Source: an uncultured Flavobacterium sp. (GTDB lineage Bacteria; Bacteroidota; Bacteroidia; Flavobacteriales; Flavobacteriaceae). From it: a stretch of DNA of 64,000 bases. This document shows positions 17,397 through 27,602 of the stretch, one piece after another (positions within the stretch are counted from its first letter, which is position 1; each line of letters starts with the position of its first letter). The notes beneath the pieces are model-generated. The model was not told where the DNA came from, made no database searches, and saw only the letters and a program-made list of their open reading frames with translations. A program made the position numbers and the translations under genes. The stretch is taken from assembly GCA_964558625.1 (NCBI GenBank), contig CAZLEU010000002.1, positions 6,618-70,617 on the forward strand, given 5' to 3'.

Positions 17397-18623
17397 CTAC
17401 AATTTGTTATAGATGTTTTTTAAATGCTCGCCACGACTGTTCCAAGTGAATCTTTCTTCAAATTGTTTTCTAGCGCCAAGACTCATTTTATATAATAATT
17501 CTTTATCAAAGTAAAGTTTTTGAAGCGATTCTTTTAGTTCGAAAATAGTATTGTTGTAATCTAATTGTTGAACAGCAAAACCACAATTTGTTGTAATAAA
17601 TTCTCCTGGTCCCTCGTTGTTTAAACAAATGATTGGTAAACCAAAAGACAATGCTTCGGCAACAACCATTCCAGCACCTTCGTGTGACGGAAAAAGAAAA
17701 ACGGAAGCTTTTTCATATAACTTCATCAACTCTTTTCTTTCAATCCATTCGATTATTTCTACATATTTTTCAACTTTATTGTCGGCAATTATTTTTTGAT
17801 AAAGACCTTTTTCTGGACCAGTACCTACCAATATGAGTTTACAATTTTTTCTTTCAGGGATAGTTATTGAATAAATGAATTTTATAAATGAGTGTAATGT
17901 TAAATCGAATCCTTTTAAAGGTACAAATCGACCAACACTAATGACTTTAAAACTTTCTTTTTTGGTAATTTGACCTTCAAAAAAATCTTCGGTAGCAACA
18001 GATGGTTGAATAGAAAAGGACTGGTCTTTAAATTCTAAAACAGAAGGAATACATGTATTCATACACAAAATATGATCTGCATTTTTCACTGTTTTCTTTA
18101 ACGAAAACGATAAATTCCAAAATAGTTTTTTTACCAACCATGTAGCTCTGTCAATAATCAAATATTTAATCGGATAAGATTTTAAATATTGATTTGGAAT
18201 TATAGGATGATGCCCAATTGGTCCCCAGACCATTGGCTTTTTTAGTTTATAAAGAAAACTTGGTGTCCAATCATTGTGAAAATTCACATTATGTGCAACA
18301 TCAAAATTTAGATTTTGTTTTTTGATGAAAGGAATAATTCTGCGTTGCCACATATAATAATATAACATAGCACCTCGACCGCCTTTTTTCCAGAAACGCA
18401 TCCAATAGGGTAAATCAAAATATAAAAAAGTGATGTTTTTATATATTTCATTCGGATTTTCTGCCATGAATTTTTCAATTGCGGGCTGGTTATTTTCTCT
18501 TGTAATGGCAATAACTTTATTGAAACGAGCAATTTGATATACAAAATTCCAACCCATTCCGTCTTCTGAACCTTTATATGGATTTACTGCGTAGCAAGTT
18601 GCTAAAATTGTTTTACTATTCAT
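17397..18623 (-). CDS. GT4 glycosyltransferase
   Basis: NPYKGSEDGMGW, VGRFVPLKG, FPSHEGAGMVVAEALSFG. Confidence 0.88.
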   Translation of the reverse strand: MNSKTILATCYAVNPYKGSEDGMGWNFVYQIARFNKVIAITRENNQPAIEKFMAENPNEIYKNITFLYFDLPYWMRFWKKGGRGAMLYYYMWQRRIIPFIKKQNLNFDVAHNVNFHNDWTPSFLYKLKKPMVWGPIGHHPIIPNQYLKSYPIKYLIIDRATWLVKKLFWNLSFSLKKTVKNADHILCMNTCIPSVLEFKDQSFSIQPSVATEDFFEGQITKKESFKVISVGRFVPLKGFDLTLHSFIKFIYSITIPERKNCKLILVGTGPEKGLYQKIIADNKVEKYVEIIEWIERKELMKLYEKASVFLFPSHEGAGMVVAEALSFGLPIICLNNEGPGEFITTNCGFAVQQLDYNNTIFELKESLQKLYFDKELLYKMSLGARKQFEERFTWNSRGEHLKNIYNKL

Positions 18624-19311
18624 GAATCCTAGTTTTTAATAATTTGGCAGGAATACCACCTATAATTGAGTTTTCTGGAAAAGATTTGGTTACGACACTT
18701 CCTGCGGCAATAATGCTTCCATTTCCTATTGTTGCACCATCCAAAATTGTGACTTTACTCCCAATCCAACAGTTTTTACCAATTTTTATCCCTTTTCTTG
18801 TTACACCTTGATGACGAATAGAAATAGAGGTGTCTTGATAATTATGATTTTCGGGATGACAACTTAAATATTGACCAATGATGCATTCGTCACCAATTTC
18901 TAAACCACCTGCGCCACCTAAATAAGCGAATTCTCCAATTCCGACATTATTTCCAAGACTGATTTTGTCACCAATTTCGGTTAAAGATGTTGAAACTATA
19001 ACACGGCTATAGGCTCCGATGGAAACATTATCGCCAAATTGAATTCCGTTTTTGCTCAATGCAGAAACATAAACCTGATTTCCTAATCGAAGGAATTTTC
19101 CATATTGAATTTTTGAGATATTGAAAAAAGTTACTCCGTTTCCTAGTAGCATACCTTTTGGATTTTTTAGGAACAAAAGCACTTTCAAACCACGAATTAT
19201 GCTACAAACTTGTATCCAAATAAATTGGAGTAAAGCTCTTGTGTTTAAAGCTTCATCAAACTTAAAATTGGGGTTGCGAAGCTGAATTATCTTTTGAATT
19301 ATAGCTTTCAT
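18616..19311 (-). CDS. Hexapeptide-repeat O-acyltransferase
   Basis: Left-handed beta-helix repeats IGKNCWIGSKVTILDGATIGNGSIIAAGSVV, GGIPAK. Confidence 0.9.
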   Translation of the reverse strand: MKAIIQKIIQLRNPNFKFDEALNTRALLQFIWIQVCSIIRGLKVLLFLKNPKGMLLGNGVTFFNISKIQYGKFLRLGNQVYVSALSKNGIQFGDNVSIGAYSRVIVSTSLTEIGDKISLGNNVGIGEFAYLGGAGGLEIGDECIIGQYLSCHPENHNYQDTSISIRHQGVTRKGIKIGKNCWIGSKVTILDGATIGNGSIIAAGSVVTKSFPENSIIGGIPAKLLKTRIHE

Positions 19312-19312
19312 T

Positions 19313-21676
19313 TTAGGCTTGGATGATAGTTTTTACAATATGATTTAAAGTAACATCCAATTCTTCATTGTTAATTGATTCATAAACCGAAGAGCTGCTT
19401 TTTACTTTTCGTGAGTCAAAAAAAGAACTGTATTCCTTGGTTAATTCTTCAATCGTTGCTTTGGTTAATTCTTTCTTTCTCTTTAAAATTACATTGGCAT
19501 CTGCAAAAAGGAAAAAATTAAATTTTGGCTTAAGTAAAAAATGATAACCTAATTTTGAAATGCTTTTTGGTAACACAATGTTGCTTCGTTTACCATCATT
19601 GATAAAATCAAAATAGTAACGATCATAAATTACCACATAGCCTCTTGAAATATATTTGAAATAAATTACAAATTGTCCAAACAAATAATCGCAATAGTAA
19701 TAAGTAAAACGGAGTAATGACGATAAGAAGTTTTCGTTTTTTCCTTGCCTTGGAAGATTTGATATTGCATCTTGATGCGCTTTTTCTTTTCCTTTTGTCC
19801 AAACACTTAGAATAGGTAAAACAGATGGACGATGACGCAAAACAATAACAGGTTTGCGAAGTTGTTTTTCGACTTTATAAGCAATATTTTTTATAACAGT
19901 TGATTTTCCCGAACCGTCAACACCACTAAAAGTTATTGTAAAACCGTTGCTTTTTTTGAAATTTTTAGCGGTATCAACTAAATAGTTTATAGTGTTTTTT
20001 AGATAATTTGCAGCTTTGTTTTGTTTGTTGTTTTTGATGAAATCTACTAATAGTTGTTTATCTTTTTTAGTATCGATGAAATATTCTTTTATAATTAAAT
20101 CAATTGGGTTTTCTGAATTCTGAATTGCCTGTCCATAAACTAAATATTTAGTTGGAATTTTTGCATTGTTCAAAATATAAAATAATACTATATATCTAGC
20201 AGTATCAAGGGTTGAAGCATTTTTGACACCATAACTAGTAGCAAAATTTGTTGCAATTATTTTTTTTGTGTCTAAAATTTCAAGATTTCTACGTTTTAAT
20301 TGCCAAATCAAATCTAATGATAGAATTTCGCCATCGTTTGTAAAAACTTGAATTGTATTCATAAACGATTTTTCGGAAACAGTGATTTTTGATACTAATG
20401 TGTGGTTTTTCAAAAGATGAAGGATTGAATCATTCATTTTTTTATCAATAACCAAATCGATATCTGAATTCAAATCTAGTTTTTCTGGAAAACCATTTTG
20501 AAATTTTAATGCTGCATATTCTTGATTTTGAATAGCATCAAACAAATCCATTATAATTAACTCTCTTGGAGAATAACGCTGAGTTAAAAACGTGTTTAAA
20601 GCTTCATCCCAAGTTTGGATTAACCAATTAATTTGAACATGCCACTCTTTTTGTTCTGAATACACTTTTAGATAATGCATACAATTAATAAGCAAATACC
20701 ATTTTATATAAGAATATGTTTTAGTCACATTATTATCAAACAATTTATTTTTACCAAGTTTGTGGATGTCTTCGACAATTTCTTTCCAAGATTTTCTGTC
20801 AACCAAAACACTGTTTTGTATTACAAAATGAAAGAAGTCAAATCCTTTTGGTTTATCATAACTAGCTAATTCAAAATCGTAAATAGCTAGTTTTTCTTTT
20901 TTTTCAAATAAATTCCATTGTGTAAAATCGCCATGAGAAAAAGTTAATTCAATCCATTCGTCGTTTTTAATTTCGGCTAATAGACTATTTATTTTTCGGA
21001 TTATATTTTTCGGAATGCGATTGTCATCAATGTTTTTAAAATCATTTTTCAAATTTTGAAACAATTCCCATTTCATAACTTTGACAAAATTCGTATCAAT
21101 ATTTCTCATTTCTGATAAAACATTCATGTGTTGAGGTATAAATTTTTTGATTCTTTTCCCTTTTGCAGAAACATCAGAAACTTGCAAAATATTTTCATTT
21201 ACCATAACTGCTTTTGGAACTTCAAAAGAAATGGATGTATTGTTTAATTCTTCTAAAACAGAATATTCATTTTTAATCAATTTTTCAGCATTTTCAGAAG
21301 TTGCAATTTTGAAAAAACTATTGTTTACATACAAAACACTTTTATTGTTTGGACCAACAGTTCCAGTAAAAAGTGCCCAATTATCATTGCAGTCAATTAT
21401 AGGTTCTCTTAGTTTGGTAAAAGAGTAACTTCTTTTTTTGAAGACCAATTTTTGCAATTTTAAAATAAAAACCAATTTGATTACTGTTGCAAATACAAGA
21501 GCTTTATTGCTTCCTACGTTGTAGAATTTTAGAAAGGAAGGTTTTGGACAATTAGCATTCCAAATCCATCTTGGTGATCCATCAGGATTGTTTATAAAAA
21601 GTAAATCAACAACATTAACTGCATCTTTTGTCGCTGAAGAAATTGAATAACCGATTTTAGCAAAAATATTTTCCAT
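19313..21676 (-). CDS. Tri-domain protein: APH/choline-kinase-like + nucleotidyltransferase-like + thymidylate-kinase-like
   Basis: FFKIA, SHGDFTQWN, IYDFE; FPEKLDLNSDIDLVI; ITFSGVDGSGKST, YDRYYFD. Confidence 0.7.
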   Translation of the reverse strand: MENIFAKIGYSISSATKDAVNVVDLLFINNPDGSPRWIWNANCPKPSFLKFYNVGSNKALVFATVIKLVFILKLQKLVFKKRSYSFTKLREPIIDCNDNWALFTGTVGPNNKSVLYVNNSFFKIATSENAEKLIKNEYSVLEELNNTSISFEVPKAVMVNENILQVSDVSAKGKRIKKFIPQHMNVLSEMRNIDTNFVKVMKWELFQNLKNDFKNIDDNRIPKNIIRKINSLLAEIKNDEWIELTFSHGDFTQWNLFEKKEKLAIYDFELASYDKPKGFDFFHFVIQNSVLVDRKSWKEIVEDIHKLGKNKLFDNNVTKTYSYIKWYLLINCMHYLKVYSEQKEWHVQINWLIQTWDEALNTFLTQRYSPRELIIMDLFDAIQNQEYAALKFQNGFPEKLDLNSDIDLVIDKKMNDSILHLLKNHTLVSKITVSEKSFMNTIQVFTNDGEILSLDLIWQLKRRNLEILDTKKIIATNFATSYGVKNASTLDTARYIVLFYILNNAKIPTKYLVYGQAIQNSENPIDLIIKEYFIDTKKDKQLLVDFIKNNKQNKAANYLKNTINYLVDTAKNFKKSNGFTITFSGVDGSGKSTVIKNIAYKVEKQLRKPVIVLRHRPSVLPILSVWTKGKEKAHQDAISNLPRQGKNENFLSSLLRFTYYYCDYLFGQFVIYFKYISRGYVVIYDRYYFDFINDGKRSNIVLPKSISKLGYHFLLKPKFNFFLFADANVILKRKKELTKATIEELTKEYSSFFDSRKVKSSSSVYESINNEELDVTLNHIVKTIIQA

Positions 21677-21703
21677 TGTAAAAATTTAATTTTCAAGTAT
21701 AAT

Positions 21704-21788
21704 ATTATAATCGTGCCATAATCATAAAATACTAATATACAGTATTTTATATTTTTATTTAGGAATATTATTTTTCCAAAATTTGGAA
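21704..21788 (-). promoter_or_regulatory. Putative sigma54 promoter with upstream palindromic enhancer
   Basis: TGGCACG (minus strand, 21712-21718) and TTCCAAAATTTGGAA (21774-21788), offset 60 bp. Confidence 0.7.
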
Positions 21789-21811
21789 TTTTGCTTTTTT
21801 TTGGAAATGAA

Positions 21812-23104
21812 TTACACGAAAATTTCGGGTCTTCTTTTCTTTAAATGAAGTTTTTGGATAGGAGTAAGGTGCGTTCTGTTTTTGAATGCAACAGAAAAAA
21901 TAATCAATTGATAAAATAGAATTCCGTAGTTGCTTTCTCCAAAAATTCCAAATTCGGTGAATGAGTTGATTAAAATTGGAATTAGAATTCCGATAAGCAT
22001 TAGTCTTGTTTCTTTATCTTCTGTAAAAAAGGCTTTTACGGTAAAAAATACTTGAAATAAGGCTATGGTTAGTCCAATAAACCCCAAATTCATAAGTACT
22101 TGCATAAAAGTATTATGTGTCATTTTGCCTGGATAAGTATGCACACTTTGAAAGAATTCTTTATAATCTATTCGCATATAGCCAAAACCTAAAAGTGGTT
22201 CACGTGGCAAGCCTTCGGTTATTAATGCTTGCCAAAAGGGCAATCTTCCAGTAAGTGTTAAAATTTCTTCTAAACGTTCTTTGTCGCCACCTTTTAAAAT
22301 CATTTCGTTGATTGCAAAAGGCATCACAAGTAAAACACCACCAATAATTGCCAGTTTCAAACCTTTTTGTTTGGTTTGATTTATATGAAAAAAGATGATT
22401 AATAATGCGCCAATTAGTGATGATCGTGAACCCGTCATGAAAAGAGCATAAAAAATAACAAGTATTTTTATAATCGTCCAAACGTTATATTTAAATCTAT
22501 AAAGATCAAAGATTAAGCATGCAATACCAACGCCAGCTAACATTCCAAGTTCGTTTGGATTCATGATAGTTCCGCCAAGTCTTGCTTCTTCACCACCATT
22601 AGTAAGTCTAAAAAAAACATCTGGATTAATCCACATTCCAACAACAAAAATGAGTTGCAAAATAAAAACTGAGTTTCCTAATAAGTGGTATAATCTTATA
22701 GTATGTCCTTGATAAAAAGTATCTAAAATTTTTAAACTTTTGATAAAAAAATAAGCAAAAACAAAACTTTGAAAAGTCATAAACCATTGTAATGCACTAA
22801 ATCCTGGGTTAGTGCTCCACATGAAAGATAGCAAGCCTAAAAACAAATAACCGATATAAAATAAAGAGGCAAAAGAGTTTTTATAACCCATAGTGTTGAC
22901 AGCTCCGTGCTTAATTATTTTTTTATAAATTAAGATTGAAGAAATCATAACACCCATTCTGCCAACTATTTTGATACCACGAGTGATGTTTACATTTTCA
23001 CTCCAAGTAAAAAAGCAAGCAACCATCAATAACAGAACAATAAACATATAATTGTTTATTTTCTTTAGAAAGGCTTCATTGCTGGATGTTGCTACAAGAT
23101 TCAT
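21812..23104 (-). CDS. O-antigen ligase / Wzy polymerase family membrane protein
   Basis: Many TM segments, NPNELG, TGSRSS, LTGRLPFW, PLLGFGY, THNTFMQ. Confidence 0.88.
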   Translation of the reverse strand: MNLVATSSNEAFLKKINNYMFIVLLLMVACFFTWSENVNITRGIKIVGRMGVMISSILIYKKIIKHGAVNTMGYKNSFASLFYIGYLFLGLLSFMWSTNPGFSALQWFMTFQSFVFAYFFIKSLKILDTFYQGHTIRLYHLLGNSVFILQLIFVVGMWINPDVFFRLTNGGEEARLGGTIMNPNELGMLAGVGIACLIFDLYRFKYNVWTIIKILVIFYALFMTGSRSSLIGALLIIFFHINQTKQKGLKLAIIGGVLLVMPFAINEMILKGGDKERLEEILTLTGRLPFWQALITEGLPREPLLGFGYMRIDYKEFFQSVHTYPGKMTHNTFMQVLMNLGFIGLTIALFQVFFTVKAFFTEDKETRLMLIGILIPILINSFTEFGIFGESNYGILFYQLIIFSVAFKNRTHLTPIQKLHLKKRRPEIFV

Positions 23105-24219
23105 TAGTTGCTGTAAAGTTTAGAATTAAATTCTTGAATGACTTTTTTCCAATTAAATTTGTCTTTTACCATGTTTATAGCATTATGACGAATAACCATA
23201 AAATCTTCTTGGTTGTTCCAAATAGCAGTTAGTTTTTCCATTGATTTTTCTAACTCATCACTATTTTGCTCCATAATCATTTCGCCAGCTTGGTATTGGT
23301 AAATAAGGTCGCCAATGTTTGTTGCAGCTGTTACAATGCATGGTTTTCCATAGCTTGCGGCTTCTATTACCGAAGTTGGCAATCCTTCATTTCTTGATGG
23401 ATGAACAAAAATGTCCATTTGATTTAATAAATCTTCTTTTTCTTTCCCAAATTTTCCGCCAAAAAGAGTAACGTTGTTTTGAAGACCTTTTTCAATAATC
23501 ATTTGGTTGAGTTTATTTTTTTCGTTGCTATCACCAACTATCCAAAGTTTAACTGTAGGATTTTGAATAAGGTGTTTTTTGAAAGTCGTAATTAGTGTGT
23601 CTAAACCTTTTGTGTAGATGTCTAATCTTCCGATAAAACCATAAATAATACTTTCGTTTTTTGATTTTTCAAGTGTTATTTTAGTATTGTTTTCAAAACC
23701 GTATGGAACCAAAATCGTCTTTTTGTTCTTGTATATATAGCATAATCCAATAGTTTCACTTTTTCCTATGGAATGAATTTTTGTAGCACAGTCTAAAATT
23801 TTCTTTTCAAATAATTTAAAATACAATTTTTTAACCCAAAAATTTCTTTTCATAGCAATGGTATTATAGGCTCCATGTGGTGTAAAAACATAATAGAGTT
23901 CATGTTTATGAAGTAATTTTCCAATGGAATAAAAAACAGGAACCCAACCACCGTGAATATGAAAAACTGCTTTTCCTTTTTTCTCAATCATAGCCGCTTC
24001 TATTTCTTTTGGAACACAGAATGGATTTGGACTTTTTAGGAACAAACGTGTTTCAAAATTGCGCTCGCCATAATTGTTTTTGGTATCATTTGTGATTCCC
24101 CATACAGCTACTTTTTCTCCAAATTCTGTTTGTTTGGTTGCTAATTGATATACCACTTTGTTAACGCCATTCATCCTATCAGGATTGGCTTTTCCTAATA
24201 CTATATGAATTATTTCCAT
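23104..24219 (-). CDS. GT4 glycosyltransferase
   Basis: TPHG, FIGRLDIYTKGLD, HPSRNEGLPTSVIEA. Confidence 0.88.
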   Translation of the reverse strand: MEIIHIVLGKANPDRMNGVNKVVYQLATKQTEFGEKVAVWGITNDTKNNYGERNFETRLFLKSPNPFCVPKEIEAAMIEKKGKAVFHIHGGWVPVFYSIGKLLHKHELYYVFTPHGAYNTIAMKRNFWVKKLYFKLFEKKILDCATKIHSIGKSETIGLCYIYKNKKTILVPYGFENNTKITLEKSKNESIIYGFIGRLDIYTKGLDTLITTFKKHLIQNPTVKLWIVGDSNEKNKLNQMIIEKGLQNNVTLFGGKFGKEKEDLLNQMDIFVHPSRNEGLPTSVIEAASYGKPCIVTAATNIGDLIYQYQAGEMIMEQNSDELEKSMEKLTAIWNNQEDFMVIRHNAINMVKDKFNWKKVIQEFNSKLYSN

Positions 24220-25430
24220 AGGTAGAAATTATTTTTGGTGAGCTGATTTTGCCAATATAAAATCATGATAATTTGATTGCAAATTAATCCCGAAACTGCT
24301 CCATAAAGCCCGGAATATTTTAGTAAAAAATGAAAAGTTAAAATTGAAAATACAAATGAGAGTAAGTAACCGATAAAGAAGATTTTATTTAAAACTAGTA
24401 TTCTTACAGCAATTCTAACTGGATAACTTAAGAAAATAAAGAAATATAAAACGGCAATAATTTTTACAAGATAACCATATTCTTGGTATTTTGTTCCGCC
24501 AGCCAACACAATAATTTCTGTAGAAAAAAGAAATAATATTGAAAGCAAAAACCCAAACAAAATAGCTCCATAAACCGTAATAGAATATAAATATATTTTT
24601 GCGTTTGCAACATTTTCATTAAATATTTTTGCTACTTTAGGTAAGTAATAATTTTCTACAGATTGTAAAATGATGTTTATTACTCCGAAGAATGATTGCA
24701 CTAATCGTAATGCTCCCAATGCTTCAATTCCAAGATAAATACCAGAAACTAGTACAAAGAAATTACTTGAACTCCATTGTAAAACAGCTACGTTAAACAA
24801 CCATTTCCCTTGAGAAATATGATTACTTAAAAAAAACATCCAGGATGTTGGACTTTCATAGTTCTTGAAAATAAAGACTAATCCAGGAACGGCAGAAATA
24901 AAGTTTGCCAAACCTATTATCCAAAGTGTAATTGTTAAATCAATTTGATTGTAAAATAAGAAAATTCCAATTAATACAATCGTTAGGAATAGTAAGTCTA
25001 TTAGCAATGTTGTGAAAATAGATGCTAATGATAGAAAGAATTTTCTAAAATAATCCTGAAAAATATAACCACTAATAAAACAAATAATCGGATTAGAATG
25101 AGAACTAAAAGAAAAAAAAAGGGTTAGCAGCTTCACTACGAACATGAAAAAAAGTAGCAAAACTACTAACCATAGGAATAAAGACACATAATATTCCTTT
25201 TTCTTTGAAGTTTTTGATATTGAAACTTGAAAAGGTTGAATGAGCAATGCATTTATAATGCTCATTATTAGATAAGTAACAAGTATAATTGTTGAGAACG
25301 CTCCAAAATTTTTTACATCTAGCGTTTGTGCTATGAATAGTGTCAATAAAAAGTTTGTTCCACTGTAAATTGCTTGGTCAAAAAAGACCAAAGACGCTTG
25401 AGACAGCACTATTTTTTTGATGTGGTTCAT
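24210..25430 (-). CDS. Wzx-like polysaccharide flippase
   Basis: Highly hydrophobic multi-TM protein, DQAIYSGTNF N-terminus, cluster context. Confidence 0.8.
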   Translation of the reverse strand: MNHIKKIVLSQASLVFFDQAIYSGTNFLLTLFIAQTLDVKNFGAFSTIILVTYLIMSIINALLIQPFQVSISKTSKKKEYYVSLFLWLVVLLLFFMFVVKLLTLFFSFSSHSNPIICFISGYIFQDYFRKFFLSLASIFTTLLIDLLFLTIVLIGIFLFYNQIDLTITLWIIGLANFISAVPGLVFIFKNYESPTSWMFFLSNHISQGKWLFNVAVLQWSSSNFFVLVSGIYLGIEALGALRLVQSFFGVINIILQSVENYYLPKVAKIFNENVANAKIYLYSITVYGAILFGFLLSILFLFSTEIIVLAGGTKYQEYGYLVKIIAVLYFFIFLSYPVRIAVRILVLNKIFFIGYLLSFVFSILTFHFLLKYSGLYGAVSGLICNQIIMILYWQNQLTKNNFYLWK

Positions 25431-25432
25431 TT

Positions 25433-27592
25433 TTAAGCTATTTGTTTTTTAAAGTATTTGTCCCAACGTTTTTTTACTTCAATCATTACATTTGGGTTAT
25501 AACCAGCTTTATTTAGTACAAACCAAACACTTGGTAATTGGTATTCATCTTTTAATAATTCAATTTTTACAATGTTTTTTTCGGCTGTTTTACGACTATC
25601 AAGTACAATTAGATTTTGTGTAGCCAAACTCATAAAAAGTAATCCCAATTGGTCTTCTTTGATACTTTGATTGTGAATTACACATAAGTCATACTCTTTA
25701 ATTTTTGTTTGAATTTCGTTTAAGAAAGTGGTCTTTGTATAGCTTAAAAATTGTTTTCCTGCATAATTTATATATCCATTTTTTGGAACCAAATTTTTCA
25801 ACTCTCCAGTGGTATCTATTGTTAAAACGCTTCTGCCTTGCGTGATGAAGGCATTAATTAAGTTTTTGGAATGAAAGAGGTGATCACTAGATTTATCATA
25901 AGAACTTACTACAATTATGCTTTGTTTTTGGAGTAAACCTTTGAGTTCCATTTGTATTGCTTCTTTCAAGAAATTGTCTTTTATATTTTCTGTTTTTTTA
26001 ATAAAAGGTGTTGAAAAAGCTATTGAAATTGTACTGTTTTTTTCAATTGTAAAGGTGTCATTTACTTTTGCTTTAGCATAATGAATAATATAAATTGCCA
26101 TAATTGAACCTAATAGACCCAAAAAAGCAGCAACGATAATTATGATTCCTCTTATAGGTGAAACAGGCGATTTTGCAATTTTGGCAGGCGATATAATTTT
26201 GTGAAAAGCAATTTTGGCCGACTTTGCAATTTCAGCTTCAATTCTTTTTTCATTCAAGAAGTTGTAATTTTTCTCATATAAATTGAATTCTCTATCCAAA
26301 ATAGTCAACATTTTTTCTTTTTCGGGAAGACCAATAAAAACGCTTTCTGCTTCATCTATATCATTAGAAAGTTCATTGTATTTTATTTGTAGATTTTTTT
26401 CAGTATTTTTTATACTTTCTATTTGATAATCAACCAAGTCTTTTAATTTGGCATCAATTATTTTAACTTTTTCGTTTTCTGGTGTATAGGTTAATAGTAA
26501 ATCTTTTTTATCTGCCTGTAATTTCTTCATATTTTTTACCATTTCTGTTGAAAGTAAATCGGTAAAAGCCTCAAAATTTGGTGCCAAACTCATATAATCA
26601 TTTTTACCAGAGGCAATATATTTATTCAAATCTTTAATCGCATCAAGGTTCATCTTGATGTTCGTTTGTTGAATTTTTAATTGCGAAATTTTACGCAAAT
26701 CGGTTTCTGTTTCTTGACGAACATTAACAATATTTCTTTTGTCTCGGTAGTTTTGAATATTTTCTTCAGATTCGGAAAGTTTTTTGTGAGCACCATCAAT
26801 TTCATTCTTTAAGAAAGAAGCGGTTATATTAGCGGCCCTATATTTATTTTCTATATAATCTTTAATATATATTTCGGCCAATTTATTTACAAACAAAGCC
26901 GCTTTTTCGGGAACATTACTTTTTAGGTTAATTCTTATAATAGGAACATCTTTATCAACGGGTACTATATCTAAATTTTTATTGATTTTGTCCAATAGCT
27001 TTTGCGTACTTAAAAATTCAAATTCGTAATTGTCAATTATTTTTAAATCTTTTTTAGAGTTGATAAAATCTTCATTTAAAGTGATTAATAACTTTCCATT
27101 TTCGATTACTAACAGTTTGCCAAAAGTCCCTTTTATTTTGGTTTTGGATTCTGGATAGGAAAACAAAAAGCTATCTTTTGATATTACTTGTAAAGAATAT
27201 CTTTTGTCTAACGCTTTATCAGAGTCAAAAACACCTTCAATATGAATAGGAGATTTAGTAAACAATTCTACAGAACGGATGTTACCTTTTCGGTATATTT
27301 CTAAATCAAAAGATAATTCTGAAATTGTCTTCTCAATAAGTGTTGTTGATTTTAAAACTTCGATTTCGGTTGCAATTTTATTGGCAGAAGCAAATACATC
27401 TAAATCTTTAAATAGGTTAGCACCAGGAACGCCTTCATTTACATCGGCAAGTTTAAGCATAGCTGTGCTTTCATACATCGGGGTTACATAATTTAAGTAT
27501 TTTTTGGCCGCCAAAATAGAAAGTAACATAACAAGAATTATGATAGGAAATCCTCTTAAAAGAGGTTTGAGTAATCTAATGTTCTCGTTCAT
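25433..27592 (-). CDS. Wzc/GumC-like polysaccharide co-polymerase with degenerate kinase domain
   Basis: TPMYES, TEIEVLKS, coiled coils, PVSP plus second TM; no GEGKS/T Walker A and no C-terminal Tyr cluster. Confidence 0.85.
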   Translation of the reverse strand: MNENIRLLKPLLRGFPIIILVMLLSILAAKKYLNYVTPMYESTAMLKLADVNEGVPGANLFKDLDVFASANKIATEIEVLKSTTLIEKTISELSFDLEIYRKGNIRSVELFTKSPIHIEGVFDSDKALDKRYSLQVISKDSFLFSYPESKTKIKGTFGKLLVIENGKLLITLNEDFINSKKDLKIIDNYEFEFLSTQKLLDKINKNLDIVPVDKDVPIIRINLKSNVPEKAALFVNKLAEIYIKDYIENKYRAANITASFLKNEIDGAHKKLSESEENIQNYRDKRNIVNVRQETETDLRKISQLKIQQTNIKMNLDAIKDLNKYIASGKNDYMSLAPNFEAFTDLLSTEMVKNMKKLQADKKDLLLTYTPENEKVKIIDAKLKDLVDYQIESIKNTEKNLQIKYNELSNDIDEAESVFIGLPEKEKMLTILDREFNLYEKNYNFLNEKRIEAEIAKSAKIAFHKIISPAKIAKSPVSPIRGIIIIVAAFLGLLGSIMAIYIIHYAKAKVNDTFTIEKNSTISIAFSTPFIKKTENIKDNFLKEAIQMELKGLLQKQSIIVVSSYDKSSDHLFHSKNLINAFITQGRSVLTIDTTGELKNLVPKNGYINYAGKQFLSYTKTTFLNEIQTKIKEYDLCVIHNQSIKEDQLGLLFMSLATQNLIVLDSRKTAEKNIVKIELLKDEYQLPSVWFVLNKAGYNPNVMIEVKKRWDKYFKKQIA

Positions 27593-27602
27593 AGTTGTTG
27601 TA

